DNA of 64,000 bases from Podarcis melisellensis (Eukaryota), in assembly GCA_964234715.1 (NCBI GenBank), contig OZ174275.1. The stretch is one strand, 5' to 3'. Positions within the stretch are counted from its first letter, which is position 1, and each line of letters starts with the position of its first letter. The notes beneath the pieces were generated by a model. It saw only the letters and a program-made list of their open reading frames with translations. It was not told the DNA's origin and made no database searches. Positions 1 through 12,500 of this stretch are shown here, in pieces. A program made the position numbers and the translations under genes.

Positions 1-234
1 TTCAGAGAATTCTGTCCTCGGGAAGCCCACCTGACACCAACATGGTTATGGATTTGGGGCCAGCAAAGGTTTTGTTTTTGTTTTTTTACTAGGCTGTTTC
101 ATGCATTGTTCTAATATATTATATTTTGGTGTTATATGTTATGTTTTTGTAAAGCTTTGCTAAAGGGCAGTAAATATTTCAAATAAGTATATATCTTGAT
201 ATCTTGGTTTATCATCAAGAGAATAATACACAAC

Positions 235-328
235 TGAGGCTGCAAGCCTACCCATTTACCCGGATGAAAGACCCATCAATGTCTGCAGGACTTACTACTG
301 AGTATACTGTACATGCATAGGTTTACCC
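235..328. mobile_element. Short degenerate inverted-repeat element, same family as 61485-61574
   Basis: Shares aactgaggctgca..ccta start and acttact.ctgagt..acatg core with 61485-61574. Confidence 0.45.
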
Positions 329-403
329 TATTAGAGAACTTATGTGACAGGTAGATGAATTCTGACTATATTATTTATATGATATATTATTTGTATTTTG
401 CAG

Positions 404-552
404 AGGAGCCAGAAATATTTATTGATGTTGGAGCACAAGACCTACTCTCTTGCCGTACCGGCACAACAATCAGAATTCCAGCAGTTATTAAGGGCCGTCC
501 TGTTCCCAAAGTAACTTGGGAATTTGAAGGAGATGCAAAGAAAGCTGCAAAG
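404..552 (+). CDS. TTN: TTN exon (~human 284), Ig A15 N-part
   Basis: ttttgcag|AGGAGCCA ... GCAAAG|gtcagt; [16 protein letters not shown]. Confidence 0.95.
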
Positions 553-3500
553 GTCAGTGGCAAAACAAAGTAAACTGTTAAAAACTTCAAGCTAAAGTAT
601 TGTGTGTGTGTGTATTTACTATTTTTTCTTTATTTAAAGGATGGACATAACATACCTGAAGATGCTACGGTAAAAAATAGCTTATATTTGAATTCGCTTA
701 TTTTGCTTCTAATATTTGCATTTTTCAAGTCCTTTTTTTAATTATTATTGCTAAGTAAGTTTGTTTTGGTTTGTGCAGGTGGAATCAACCGATACCACAT
801 CAGTGATTAATATCCCTACATGTAACAGAGGTCATTCTGGAAAATACAGTATTACAGCAAAGAATAAAGCAGGACAGAAAACTGTAAATGTCAGGGTGAA
901 TGTCCTAGGTAAGACTAATCAACCTTAATATTGCACCATTTCACTAATTTTGTGATACAAAAGTTCATATACTGTAAAACCCCATATAATGATTTTTCCA
1001 ATCTGTTTTCATGATGAAATAGATGTTCCAGGGCCACCAAAAGACCTGAAAGTAAGTGACATAACAAGATGCAGCTGTAAACTTTCATGGAAAATGCCGG
1101 ACAATGACGGTGGAGACAGAATCAGAAACTATATTATTGAGAAAAGAACTGTGGAAGGGAAAGCCTGGACAAAAGTTAATCCCAACTGTGCTGGCACATC
1201 ATTGGTTATTCCTGATCTCATAGCTGGGCAACAATACTTCTTCAGAGTACGTGCAGAAAACCGCTTTGGTGTTGGACCCCCAGCAGATACAATTCAAAGG
1301 ACCACAGCGAGGGATCCAATCCGTAAGTTAAATCAAAATGGGACATTCATTCATGCATGCATTCATTCAGCCTTTATTGGCAAAATTTAGACAAGAAAAT
1401 CATAAAAGAGTAAGAAAACCTTCCATAAAACATTGGCAATCTGGACATATTAAACACATAAAACATATGAAAGACTCAGTAGCCACTGTTCAGAAAATTA
1501 AATAGTTTTAAATTTGACTTTTAAAATCTCAGCTAAATATCCTGAAACAATCTCAGTGGTTTGGGGAGTATCATCCCTCAGCAGATATTGGATTGCAGGT
1601 TCTTTGAAAATAAATACGTAAATACTTTAAGGGTGTGGCAAAGTGGGACATTTGTTTTTACTAATGATACTTTATTGAAGAGCAGGACTTACATTTTACT
1701 TTGCTCCTTTTTTTAAAAAAACAACACACAGATCCTCCTGACCCACCTATCAAGCTCAAGATTGGTCTTATAACAAAGAACACAGTAAGCTTGACATGGA
1801 AACCTCCAAAGAATGACGGCGGTGCTCCCGTAACGCATTATAATGTGGAGTGCCTTCGCTGGGACCGTACTGGTGAAGGGAAGGAAGCCTGGCGACAGTG
1901 CAATAGACGGGATGTGGAAGAAACAAAGTTTACTGTTGAAGACCTTAAAGAAGGCGACGAATATGAATTCAGAGTGAAAGCAGTGAATGAAGCAGGTCCA
2001 AGCAGACCGTCAGCTACTGTTGGGCCAGTCGTCGTCAAAGATCAGACATGTAAGTGCTGCAAAGCATTAGTAGTTATTGCACTTCAAATATCCGCTCACC
2101 TGGGGCTCCAGGGGAGCAGTGTTTTTGTTACACAGCGCGGCTGTGGGCCAGTCCCAGGAGATCTGCTATCTTCCCACACAGCCAGGCAAAGGGATGGTCA
2201 CATGGCAATGCCCTCCTCACATTGGGCTGAATCCTACATTGAACAGGTACCCCGCTAAAGCGGTCCAGGAGGGGTGACTCTGTCTGAGAGCCCACATGAT
2301 AGGCCAATATGCCTCTTGCAATAATGCCCTGTCGTGGCACCTGGTCCATGTTGGGGGCAGCGCCCCAGCACAGGGTCCTTCCCCCATTGGGTCTCTTATC
2401 AGCCAGCACGTGGGTTGACTGATGATGGATACATGCCCATTGCCTTAGCCAAACCTACTCATATCTGTATTGAAGGAAGTTGTGGCCTAATTCAACCCAA
2501 TATCAATCTCTTGTGGTCATTTCCACGGTCTACCCCGCACAGGGCTGCAGACATCATGTGCCTGCAATGCAAAGCATTTTGACTTCTGCATTCATAGTGG
2601 CTCAATAATTTTTGCTTGCTTTTGTTTGTAGGCCCTCCGTCTATTGAACTCAAAGAATTTATGGAGGCAGAAGAAGGGACAGATATCAAGATTTTAGCCA
2701 AAATAAAGGGCGTCCCCTTCCCGACATTGACTTGGGTCAAAGCTCATCCAAAGAAACCCGATGACAAATTGCCAGTGCTATATGACCAACATGTCAACAA
2801 GATTGTGGATGAAAATTCCTGTACTTTGCTGATACAGCAATCTCGCAGAAAAGACACGGGCTTGTACACTATAACTGCTGTCAATAACTTTGGAACAGAT
2901 TCAAAGGAGATGAGGCTGAATGTGCTAGGTAAATATCAATGTATTTTGGCATTGGCAACCTAATTTACTGTTTGGTATATAATGTTCAAAACATGTCTCT
3001 CCTGTTATCGGTCCCTGCAGCCACAGCAGGCGCCGTAACTCTCCAATAGTTTGGCTTCATCCCTGAAGTCAAACTCTTCCATTTCCTCCCGAGATAGCTG
3101 GATGCCAACCACAACAATATAACACTCAACTTTGACAACAATTAATGCTTTATAAAATGTATTTTTCAGGTCGCCCTGGACCACCAGAAGGACCCATTAA
3201 ATTTGAATCTATTTCCGCCGATCAGATGACAATTTCTTGGCTTCCTCCTAAAGATGATGGTGGATCTAAGATAACTAACTATGTTATTGAAAAAAGGGAA
3301 GCAAACAGGAGGACCTGGGTCCATGTTACCAATGAACCTAAAGAGTGCATCTTCACAGTACCCAAACTACTAGAAGGGCATGAATACATCTTCCGCATCA
3401 TGGCACAGAATAAATATGGCGTTGGGGAACCTCTTGATAGTGAACCTGAAACTGCCAGAAATCTATTCAGTAAGCATACAGTTATCTAAAATATCACCTG

Positions 3501-6500
3501 CGCTTATATTTATTGGCAAAGCAGAACATAAGTAATCTGATTAGATAGTCTGAGAGCCCCAAGTTAAAATTGTTATTTTTTTAATCTTCTGTATGGCTAA
3601 AATGTCTATAATAGTTTTTTAAGGCTTTTCAGAAATAGATCTTTTATGGCTATTTTTTCTGTTTCATCTTAAAACCTTACCTGTTTTAAATGTTAAATAT
3701 TGAATCTGTACTTATATCATTTTAGATTTTATTTAGCACAGTATAGACCGTTTCTTTGCCTTTCTTCACCATAAAATAATAAAACAATTACCAGTGCGAT
3801 CTTGTGCTCTGCTGGACACAATGAAGCACAGTGCTGTGGCAAAGGAACCCTTCATCAGCTCCGCTATTCCAAGAAATACAAAATGCTGGCATTTGGTGCA
3901 GAGCTGCTGTAAAAAGGGCTTTTCAGGTTGAAGATGCTCAGCCATGGCTCTAGCACAGGATTCTAGGACTTGACAGTTACGTATAACAAAGAAAAAGGAG
4001 GACTTTGTATAGCCCTGCCCTACTTACTTCACAAAGGTTGTCTCTGTAGGGGCTAATGAAAGACTGGGAAAGGAAACTTCAGATGAAGGCTATAGCATAA
4101 ATACCATATACTGTATAAGTGGTCTATGTGGCCCCCGGAGCTTTGCTTTACTCTTGGTGTACTTTATTCCCTAGCTGTTCCTGGAATTTGTGACAAACCA
4201 ACAGTCAGCAGTGTCACACATGACTCGATGACCGTCAACTGGGAGGAGCCAGAATATGATGGAGGCTCCCCTGTGACGGGTTATTGGCTGGAGCGTAAAG
4301 AGACCACTGGAAAGAGATGGACACGGGTTAACCGTGATCCTATTAAACCTATGACATTGGGAGTTTCTTACAAAGTACCTGGCCTTATTGAAGGTTCAGA
4401 TTACCAGTTCCGTGTCTATGCTATTAATGCCGCTGGTGTTGGACCGCCAAGCATGCCATCTGATCCAATAACTGCAAGAGACCCAATCTGTAAGTAATCA
4501 AGATCTATTTATTTATTTGGTGTGAAAGGGGGAAATATACTAAAAGATGGTATAGATGGTATATGTTTGAGAAATAATAAATACACAGTCTTGTGACAGA
4601 ATGATGCAATAATTTTTTCCCCAGCTCCACCTGGTCCTCCATTTCCAAAAGTTACTGATTGGACAAAATCTTCCGTTGACCTTGAATGGACTCCTCCATT
4701 AAAAGATGGTGGTTCTAAAGTCACTGGTTACCTTGTTGAATTTAAAGAAGAAGGGAAAGAAGAATGGGAAAAGGTAGGTGAAATTCTGCCATTGAAAATT
4801 TATTTGAAACATTATGTCGATTCCATAATTGAACATACTGAGGAACATACAGAATCACTGAAAGGGCTACCAACTCATCTGTGTGGCCTAGAAGCAGCAA
4901 AAACCCATTGTTCCCCTTCCTCGTCGGTGGCTTTTAATGGTATCATGAGTGAAAGATAAGGGAGGGAGGTAAGTGATGTGGTGTGGGGAGAGGCATGAAG
5001 TAAGGAGGTTCAGGAGGAAGGAATGAAAGGACTCAGGTACACAGCTGCAAATAAAACTTTTTGTGTTATAAAGTGCAATATACAAGTGTGACACTAGATG
5101 GTGCCAGTGAGCTATGCAAAATCCAATGTATTTTTGAAACGTTTTTTAGAAAAGCATTTCCACAGCGTCTTTAACATGTGTGTAGATTCCACCAAAGACA
5201 CAAAATTTCTTTTTGTTTTCAGGCAAAAGATAAAGAAATAAGAGGGACCAAGTTTGTTTTGGCAGGATTGAAAGAAGGAGGTTTCTACAGATTTAGAGTC
5301 AGAGCAATAAATGCTGCTGGTATTGGAGAGCCTGGAGATGTCACTGAAGTCATTGAAATAAAGGACAGAATAGGTATGTCTTAGGATAAAAACAGCCTCT
5401 CTTTGTTCTTGTGTGGGTAAAAAAATAGAAACTAAATATAAAATATATTGTTTGTTTCTACAGTTGCTCCTGATCTCATGCTTGATGCTCATGTGAAGGA
5501 CAGAATCGTTGTCCATGCTGGTGGAGTGATCCGCATTATAGCTTATGTCTCGGGAAAGCCACCTCCAACAATTACCTGGAAGAGGGATGAGAGAGCTCTC
5601 CCAGAGGAGGCTAAAATCGAGGAAACTGCAATTAGTTCCTCTATGGTCATAAAGAACTGCAAGAGAAGCCATCAGGGCTTATACACTCTTCTCGCTAAAA
5701 ATGCCGGTGGAGAAAGAAAGAAGACTATTATTGTTGATGTGCTAGGTAAGCACTGAAAGCTGACTTGCTGATGGCTAGACTGCTGATGAGAGCAGATGGC
5801 TGATGGATGAATGGCAGAAAGTCACACTTTTGTTGATGCATTTGCACTGGCTACCCATATGTTACTGGATCAGGATGAAAGTTCGTGTACAAAGCCCTGA
5901 ACAACTTGAGTCCAAGATACCACAAGAAGTGTCTGCTCCCTTCTGTCCCATTTTGATGACTTAGATCATCTGAAGGAGGGCTGTTAGTTGTTCCCAATGT
6001 CTCAGAACCCTTAGTGTGTCATCAGTCCCATACTGCAGAAAACTCTTCCAACAGAGAATCAGTGGACATCCTCCCTGTTAACCTTCAGACGTCTCTTGGA
6101 AGATGTTGTTATGCCTATTCAGTTGTTTAATTTCCTTTATTTGGACGAGCCAGTCATTCTTGTGATAACTTTGTATTGTTTTATAGTATTTTCTTTTGTG
6201 CACTGCCTTGGTATATTATATGAGTGGGTGGGGTTATAGAAATATATAAATATGTTTTTATTTAATATGTTATTGCATCTATGTTATTATTTGGGTTCCA
6301 ATTACAGAAATGTTAAATGTTCATCTTAAAACCATTCCACTGTATTTCTTTCCTTCACAGATGTTCCAGGTCCAGTTGGCATTCCATTCCTTACTGAGAA
6401 CCTAACCAACGACTCATGCAAACTTACGTGGTTTTCTCCTGAAGATGATGGCGGCTCAGCTATCACCAACTACGTAATTGAAAAACGTGAAGCAGACCAC

Positions 6501-9500
6501 AGGGCCTGGACCCCAGTGACATATACGGTCACCAGGCAGAATGCAACAGTTCAGGGGCTGATTGAGGGCAAAGCATACTTTTTCCGAATTGCACCTGAGA
6601 ATATTATTGGCATGGGCCCATTTGTGGAGACCACAAAAGAGATTTTAATCAGAGACCCAATAAGTAAGACTTTATTGTCTATTTTTTCCCCCAGTACTGA
6701 TGAGGAGAATTTGCCTTGGAAAAAGTACCTAACATGTTGCATGTGTTTATTTCTAGCTGTGCCAGAAAGGCCTGAGGATCTGGAAGTCAAAGCAGTAACG
6801 AAGGATTCTGTTACACTGACCTGGAACCCACCTAAGTACAACGGTGGCTCTGATATAACCATGTATGTTTTGGAAAGCCGCCTTATTGGGAAAGAGAAAT
6901 TTACCAGAGTTACAAAAGAGAAAATGCTTGACAGAAAATACACAGTTGAAGATTTGAAAGAAGGTGACACTTATGAGTATCGCGTGAGCGCTTGCAATAT
7001 TGTGGGACAAGGCAAACCATCATTTGTTACGAAGCCCATCACATGCAAAGATGAAATTGGTAAGTTTCCATTCTGGAGCAAACCAACCAACCAAATGTGC
7101 ATTGGGTGATCTGTGAGTTTTTATAGATATCACTGATTCTTCTTTTCTTTAACAATACTTCTAGCTCCTCCACAACTTGAACTTGATATCCGAGAGAAGC
7201 TCACTGTCCGTGTAGGAGAAGCTTTCAGTCTGACCGGCCGTTACTCAGGCAAACCAGCACCAAAGATTACCTGGCTCAAAGATGAAATTTCTGTGAAAGA
7301 AGACAAACGGACAAAGATCCAGACTACGCCAGCTACTCTTTGTTTGGGGATATTGAAATCTGTCCGTGAAGATTCAGGCAAATATTGTGTCATTGTAGAA
7401 AACAGTTCGGGAACAAGAAAAGGTTTCTGTCAAGTTACTGTAGTTGGTAAGTATTGCTATAGTGCTAAAATAAATTATTTTCGCATGTGGTATGAATTAG
7501 AGCTGATCAAATGAGGGTGGGATGGCATATCACATGATAACATTTAACCTAATGCACATTGTGAAGAACTTTTCTGATAAATATATTTTTTTTACTTCTA
7601 AACAGATCGTCCTCAACCACCAGTGGGGCCAGTTATTTTTGATGAAGTTACTAAAGATCATTTTGTTATCTCCTGGAAACCTCCCTTGGATGATGGTGGA
7701 AGTCCAATTACAAATTACATTATTGAGAAGAGAGATGCAAACAGAGACCTCTGGATGCCAGTCACGTCAGCCAATGTCAAGACAACGTGCAAAGTCCCTA
7801 AATTACTTGAGGGAAGAGATTATGTTGTCCGAATCTATGCTGAGAACTTGTATGGCATGAGTGATCCTTTAATATCTGATGAAATGAAGGCCAAGGATCG
7901 TTTCAGTATGTAGTTTATTTGCTAATTCATTTTACTTAAGTCTCCGCCATATTTCTACTTCACTTGTATTTTCATATTATATTTTTGTATGAAATGGATT
8001 TAAAACTTGAAAACGTTATTTCTTCAGGTGTTCCTGCTGCACCAGAGCAACCTATCATTAAAGGCGTCACCAAAAATTCTGCTTTAGTTACCTGGAAGAA
8101 GCCATATGATGGAGGAAAACCAATAACCAATTACATACTTGAAAAGAAGGAAACTATGTCTACTCGATGGGGAAGAGCCACCAAAGATCATATTTACCCA
8201 GATACTCAGTTCAGGGTAACAGATCTTCTTGAAGGCTGTGAATATGAATTCCGAGTTTCAGCAGAAAATGAAATTGGCGTTGGTGATCCTAGCCCACCCT
8301 CAAAACCATTCTTCGCTAGGGATCCAATCGGTATATTATAAAACATTTTCTCATGTATTATATTTGTGATATTACTTGGTATCAATTACAGTAATCTCTT
8401 TTTCAGATTCATGATTCCAATGTAATGGGGTGTTGCTGTTTTTTCGTTTTTACAGTAAAACCAAGTCCACCAATTAATCCTGAAGCAGTGGATAAAACTA
8501 AAAGTTCAGTGCAATTGTCCTGGCAACCACCACGTCATGATGGAGGAGGCAAGATCATAGGCTATCTCATTGAGTACCAAAAGGATGGAGATGAGGAGTG
8601 GAAAAAAGCCAACCATACAGCAGATTCTTGCCCCGAGACAAAATACAATGTCACCGGCCTCACTGAGGGTACCAAATATAGATTCAGAGTCTTTGCAGTC
8701 AATGGGGCAGGAGAATCCGAGCCAGCTAATGTTCGTGATCCAGTTGAAGTCAAGGACAGACTTGGTAAGCAGAACATGATGTTTTAATTGGTTTTAAAGG
8801 GCTAAAGTGGATATATTTTCTGAACACGAAGTCCCTTTTTTTTACAGAGGCTCCTGATTTAATCCTGGATGCTAATATGACACGAGAACAACATGTAAAA
8901 GTTGGAGATACATTGAGGCTAAGTGCTGTTATTAAAGGAATTCCATTCCCAAAAGTGACTTGGAAGAAAGAAGATAAGGAAGTTCCTACAAAGGCAGATA
9001 TTGAGGTTACAGGAGTTGGCAGTAAGCTTGAAATTCGACACGCAGTCCATGAAGACGGAGGGAATTATTCCCTGACCGTGGAGAATCCGGTTGGATCAAA
9101 GACTGTTTCAGTAAAAGTTCTTGTTCTAGGTAATGAATGAAATGATGTTAACACTTCTACTGGGAGATAAAACATGACAGAGGTGAATGATAGGAACATA
9201 CCTATGTACAGCAGAAAAGCAGGAATGAAAAATTATATTTTTCATCATCTGTTAGCAACCTTGTTCCCCAACTTTGGAAGGGAATTTTCTAAATGCTATG
9301 AAGCATTATCAGAATCCTTGTGGTGTTAAAACACACACATACCAAATATGGATGGGTGGATAGTGGGTGCAAAGCCCATAGTCTATGGAAAATATTAATT
9401 GTTCTCTGAGGTTCATAGTCACTGAAATTAATAATACTAATAATTTTATTATTTGTACCCTGCCCATCTGACTGGGTTGCCCCAGCCACAACACAAACAT

Positions 9501-12500
9501 ACATACAGCGAAGCTACTGTAAATTTGTTGAAGAAATCGGGGTGAGGGGCGTTGCACACAAACTAGTTTGATTTTACACCCTGTACTTTGTGTCAGGTTT
9601 AATTATCCAGGTTCAGATGAAAAATGTTTAGAAATTAAAAATGGTTAGAGGCTGTCCATCCTCATTTTCTACAAATAAGAAGTATACAATCATAAGGAAA
9701 AGACTCTTTATTGCAAATAATGTACAGTGGTACCTCGGTTTACGAACTTAATCCATTCCGGAAGTCTATTCTTAAACCGAAACTGTTCTTAAACCGAGGC
9801 ACACTTTCCCTAATGAGACCTCCTGCCGCCGGTGCCCTTCCACTGTTTGGCTTCCATTCATAGACCAAGGTAAAGTTTGCAAACTGGGACACTACTTCCG
9901 GTCTTGCGGAGTTCTTAAACCGAATCGTTCGTAAACAGGACTGTTCTTAAACCGAGGTACCACTCTATTTAACACAATATTTTTATACATAGACTACATC
10001 GAACATTTATTTCAATTTTTTTTCCAGATAAGCCTGGGCCTCCCAGGAATCTACAGGTCAGTGAAGTGAGAAGAGATTCTTGCTATCTGACTTGGAAGGA
10101 ACCTGAGGACAATGGTGGCTCTGTCATTACGAATTACGTTGTGGAAAGGAAAGATGTTGCTGCTGCTCAGTGGCTACCAATATCGTCATCTTCTAAGAAA
10201 CACAGTCTGTTAGCTAAATACCTCATGGAAGGCACTCAGTATCTCTTCCGTGTTGCTGCTGAGAACCAGTATGGAAGAGGTCCTTACGTTGAAACCCACA
10301 AGCCGATTAAGGCTATAGATCCACTTCGTAAGCACAGTTCACTTACTATTTTGTGTTCTTTTTGTCAACTCTGTTGTCAACTGTGTTGATCTATACAATG
10401 TGTATCAGCATTTGGAAATGTTTGTGTATGAAAATAGAAATGCTAATCCTGTTTTCATCTCATTTTAAAAGATCCTCCTGGCCCACCAAAGAACTTGCAT
10501 CATGTAGATGTTGACAGGACACAAGTGTCTCTTGTTTGGAATTGGCCTGATCGGGATGGTGGTGCTGAAATAACTGGATTTTTGGTGGAGTACCAAGAAG
10601 AAGGGAAAGAAGACTGGACAAAATTCAAAACAGTCCCTGTGCCAGAATGTGTTGTTACTGGTCTACAACAAGGGAAGATTTACAAATTCCGTGTAAAAGC
10701 CCAAAATATTGTGGGTCTTAGTCTTCCAGACACAACCATACCAATAGAGTGCCAAGAAAAAATAGGTAACCACTGAATTTGTATGACCGTTCACAGATTT
10801 CATATTCACTGCTGAAATGTAACTCTTGTAATGGGGAAATACCTGTAATATAATCTGCGTGTTGTTGTTTTTATTTCAGTGCCACCATCAGTTGATCTAG
10901 ATGTGAAATTAATAGAAGGCCTTGTTGTTAAAGCTGGCAGCACAGTGCGGTTCCCTGCAATCATGAGAGGCGTACCTGTTCCCACTGCAAAATGGGTCAC
11001 TGATAATGTTGAAATCAAATCAGAAGGCAATTACAAGATTGATACTGATAATTACTCTACAGTTCTTACTATTCAAAGCTGCACAAGAAAAGACACTGGA
11101 GAATATCTGCTCACAGTATCCAATATAGCTGGAAGCAGAACTGTTCCTGTTCATCTAACAGTTTTGGATGTTCCTGGTCCTCCAACTGGCCCGATTGATA
11201 TTCTGGAAGTCACTCCCGATCACATGGTTATTGCTTGGCGACCTCCTAAAGATGATGGTGGAAGCGCTGTAATTAATTACATTGTTGAGAAACGAGAGAC
11301 AAGGAAAGAAACCTGGGGAGTGGTCTCTTCAGGGACTAATCAAACTAGAATTAAAATTCCACGTCTACAGAAGGGCTGTGAATATATTTTCCGAGTTTGT
11401 GCAGAGAATAAGATAGGCGTTGGTCCACCTCTTGATTCAAAACCAACAGTTGCCAAGGCTCTGCATGATCCACCATCTCCACCTGGTAAACCAGTAGTTA
11501 ATGATATTACAGAAAATGGTGCAACTGTATGTTGGACTGTGCCAAAATCTGATGGTGGAAGTCCAATAACTGGATACATACTTGAACGCCGTGAAATCTC
11601 AGGGAAATGGATACGTGTCAACAAATCTCCAGTGCTTGATCTGAAATTTAGAGCTACAGGCCTCTTTGAGGGCAGCACATATGAATTCCGTGTTTTTGCA
11701 GAAAACAGTGCTGGCATAAGCAAGCCATCTCCACCTTCTGATCCAATCAAAGCATCACGCCCTATGACACCTCCTGGACCTCCCATTAATCCAAAACTCA
11801 AGGATAAGACCAGGGAAACAGCTGAGCTAGTATGGACTAAGCCACTCAAAGATGGTGGTAGCCCCATCCTGGGATATGTTGTGGAATGCCAGAAAAGCGG
11901 AACTACTCAGTGGAATAGAATTAACAAAGATGAACTCATCAGACAATGTGCTTTTACAGTACCTGGGTTAATTGAAGGAAATGAATATAGATTCCGCATT
12001 AAAGCTGCTAATATTGTAGGAGAGGGAGAACCTAGAGAATTGCCAGAAACAGTTCTTGCCAAAGACATTCTCATGCCTCCAGAGGTAGAACTGGATTTGA
12101 CCTGCCGAGATGTAATTACTGTCAGAGTAGGCCAAACAATAAGGATTATAGGCAAAGTGAGGGGCAGACCAGATCCTGACATAACATGGTCTAGAGATGG
12201 CAAAAATATAACGAAAGATAAGCGTACTGACATAATTAATGAATTCCCTCATATAGAGCTGCAAATAAAACCTGCTGTAAGAGCAGACCATGGAAAATAC
12301 CTAATTACAGCTAAGAATAGCAGCGGACACGCCCAAGCATCTGCTATTGTTAATGTGCTTGATAGGCCAGGACCTTGCCAGAACCTGAAAGTAACCTATG
12401 TCACCAAAGATTCTTGCATGGTCTCTTGGGAGAATCCTGAAGATAACGGTGGCTCAGAAATTACAAACTATATAGTAGAGTATCGTCAACCAAACCAGAG

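Noticed and set aside
3990-4110. Possible MIR/CORE SINE remnant
   Set aside because: Only a short degenerate match; too weak to call
5760-5826. Hammerhead-like words CTGATGA...GAAA with tgact/agtca pairing
   Set aside because: Stem I cannot close (G opposite G) and stem II lacks the G-C pair and helix
6697-6730. Second CTGATGAG...GAAA motif, possible hammerhead or snoRNA box
   Set aside because: No valid stems and no C/D box pair with a terminal stem
9725-9965. Short repeats with spacers resembling a CRISPR array
   Set aside because: Eukaryotic intron, 12-nt irregularly spaced repeats inside a TIR element, no cas genes
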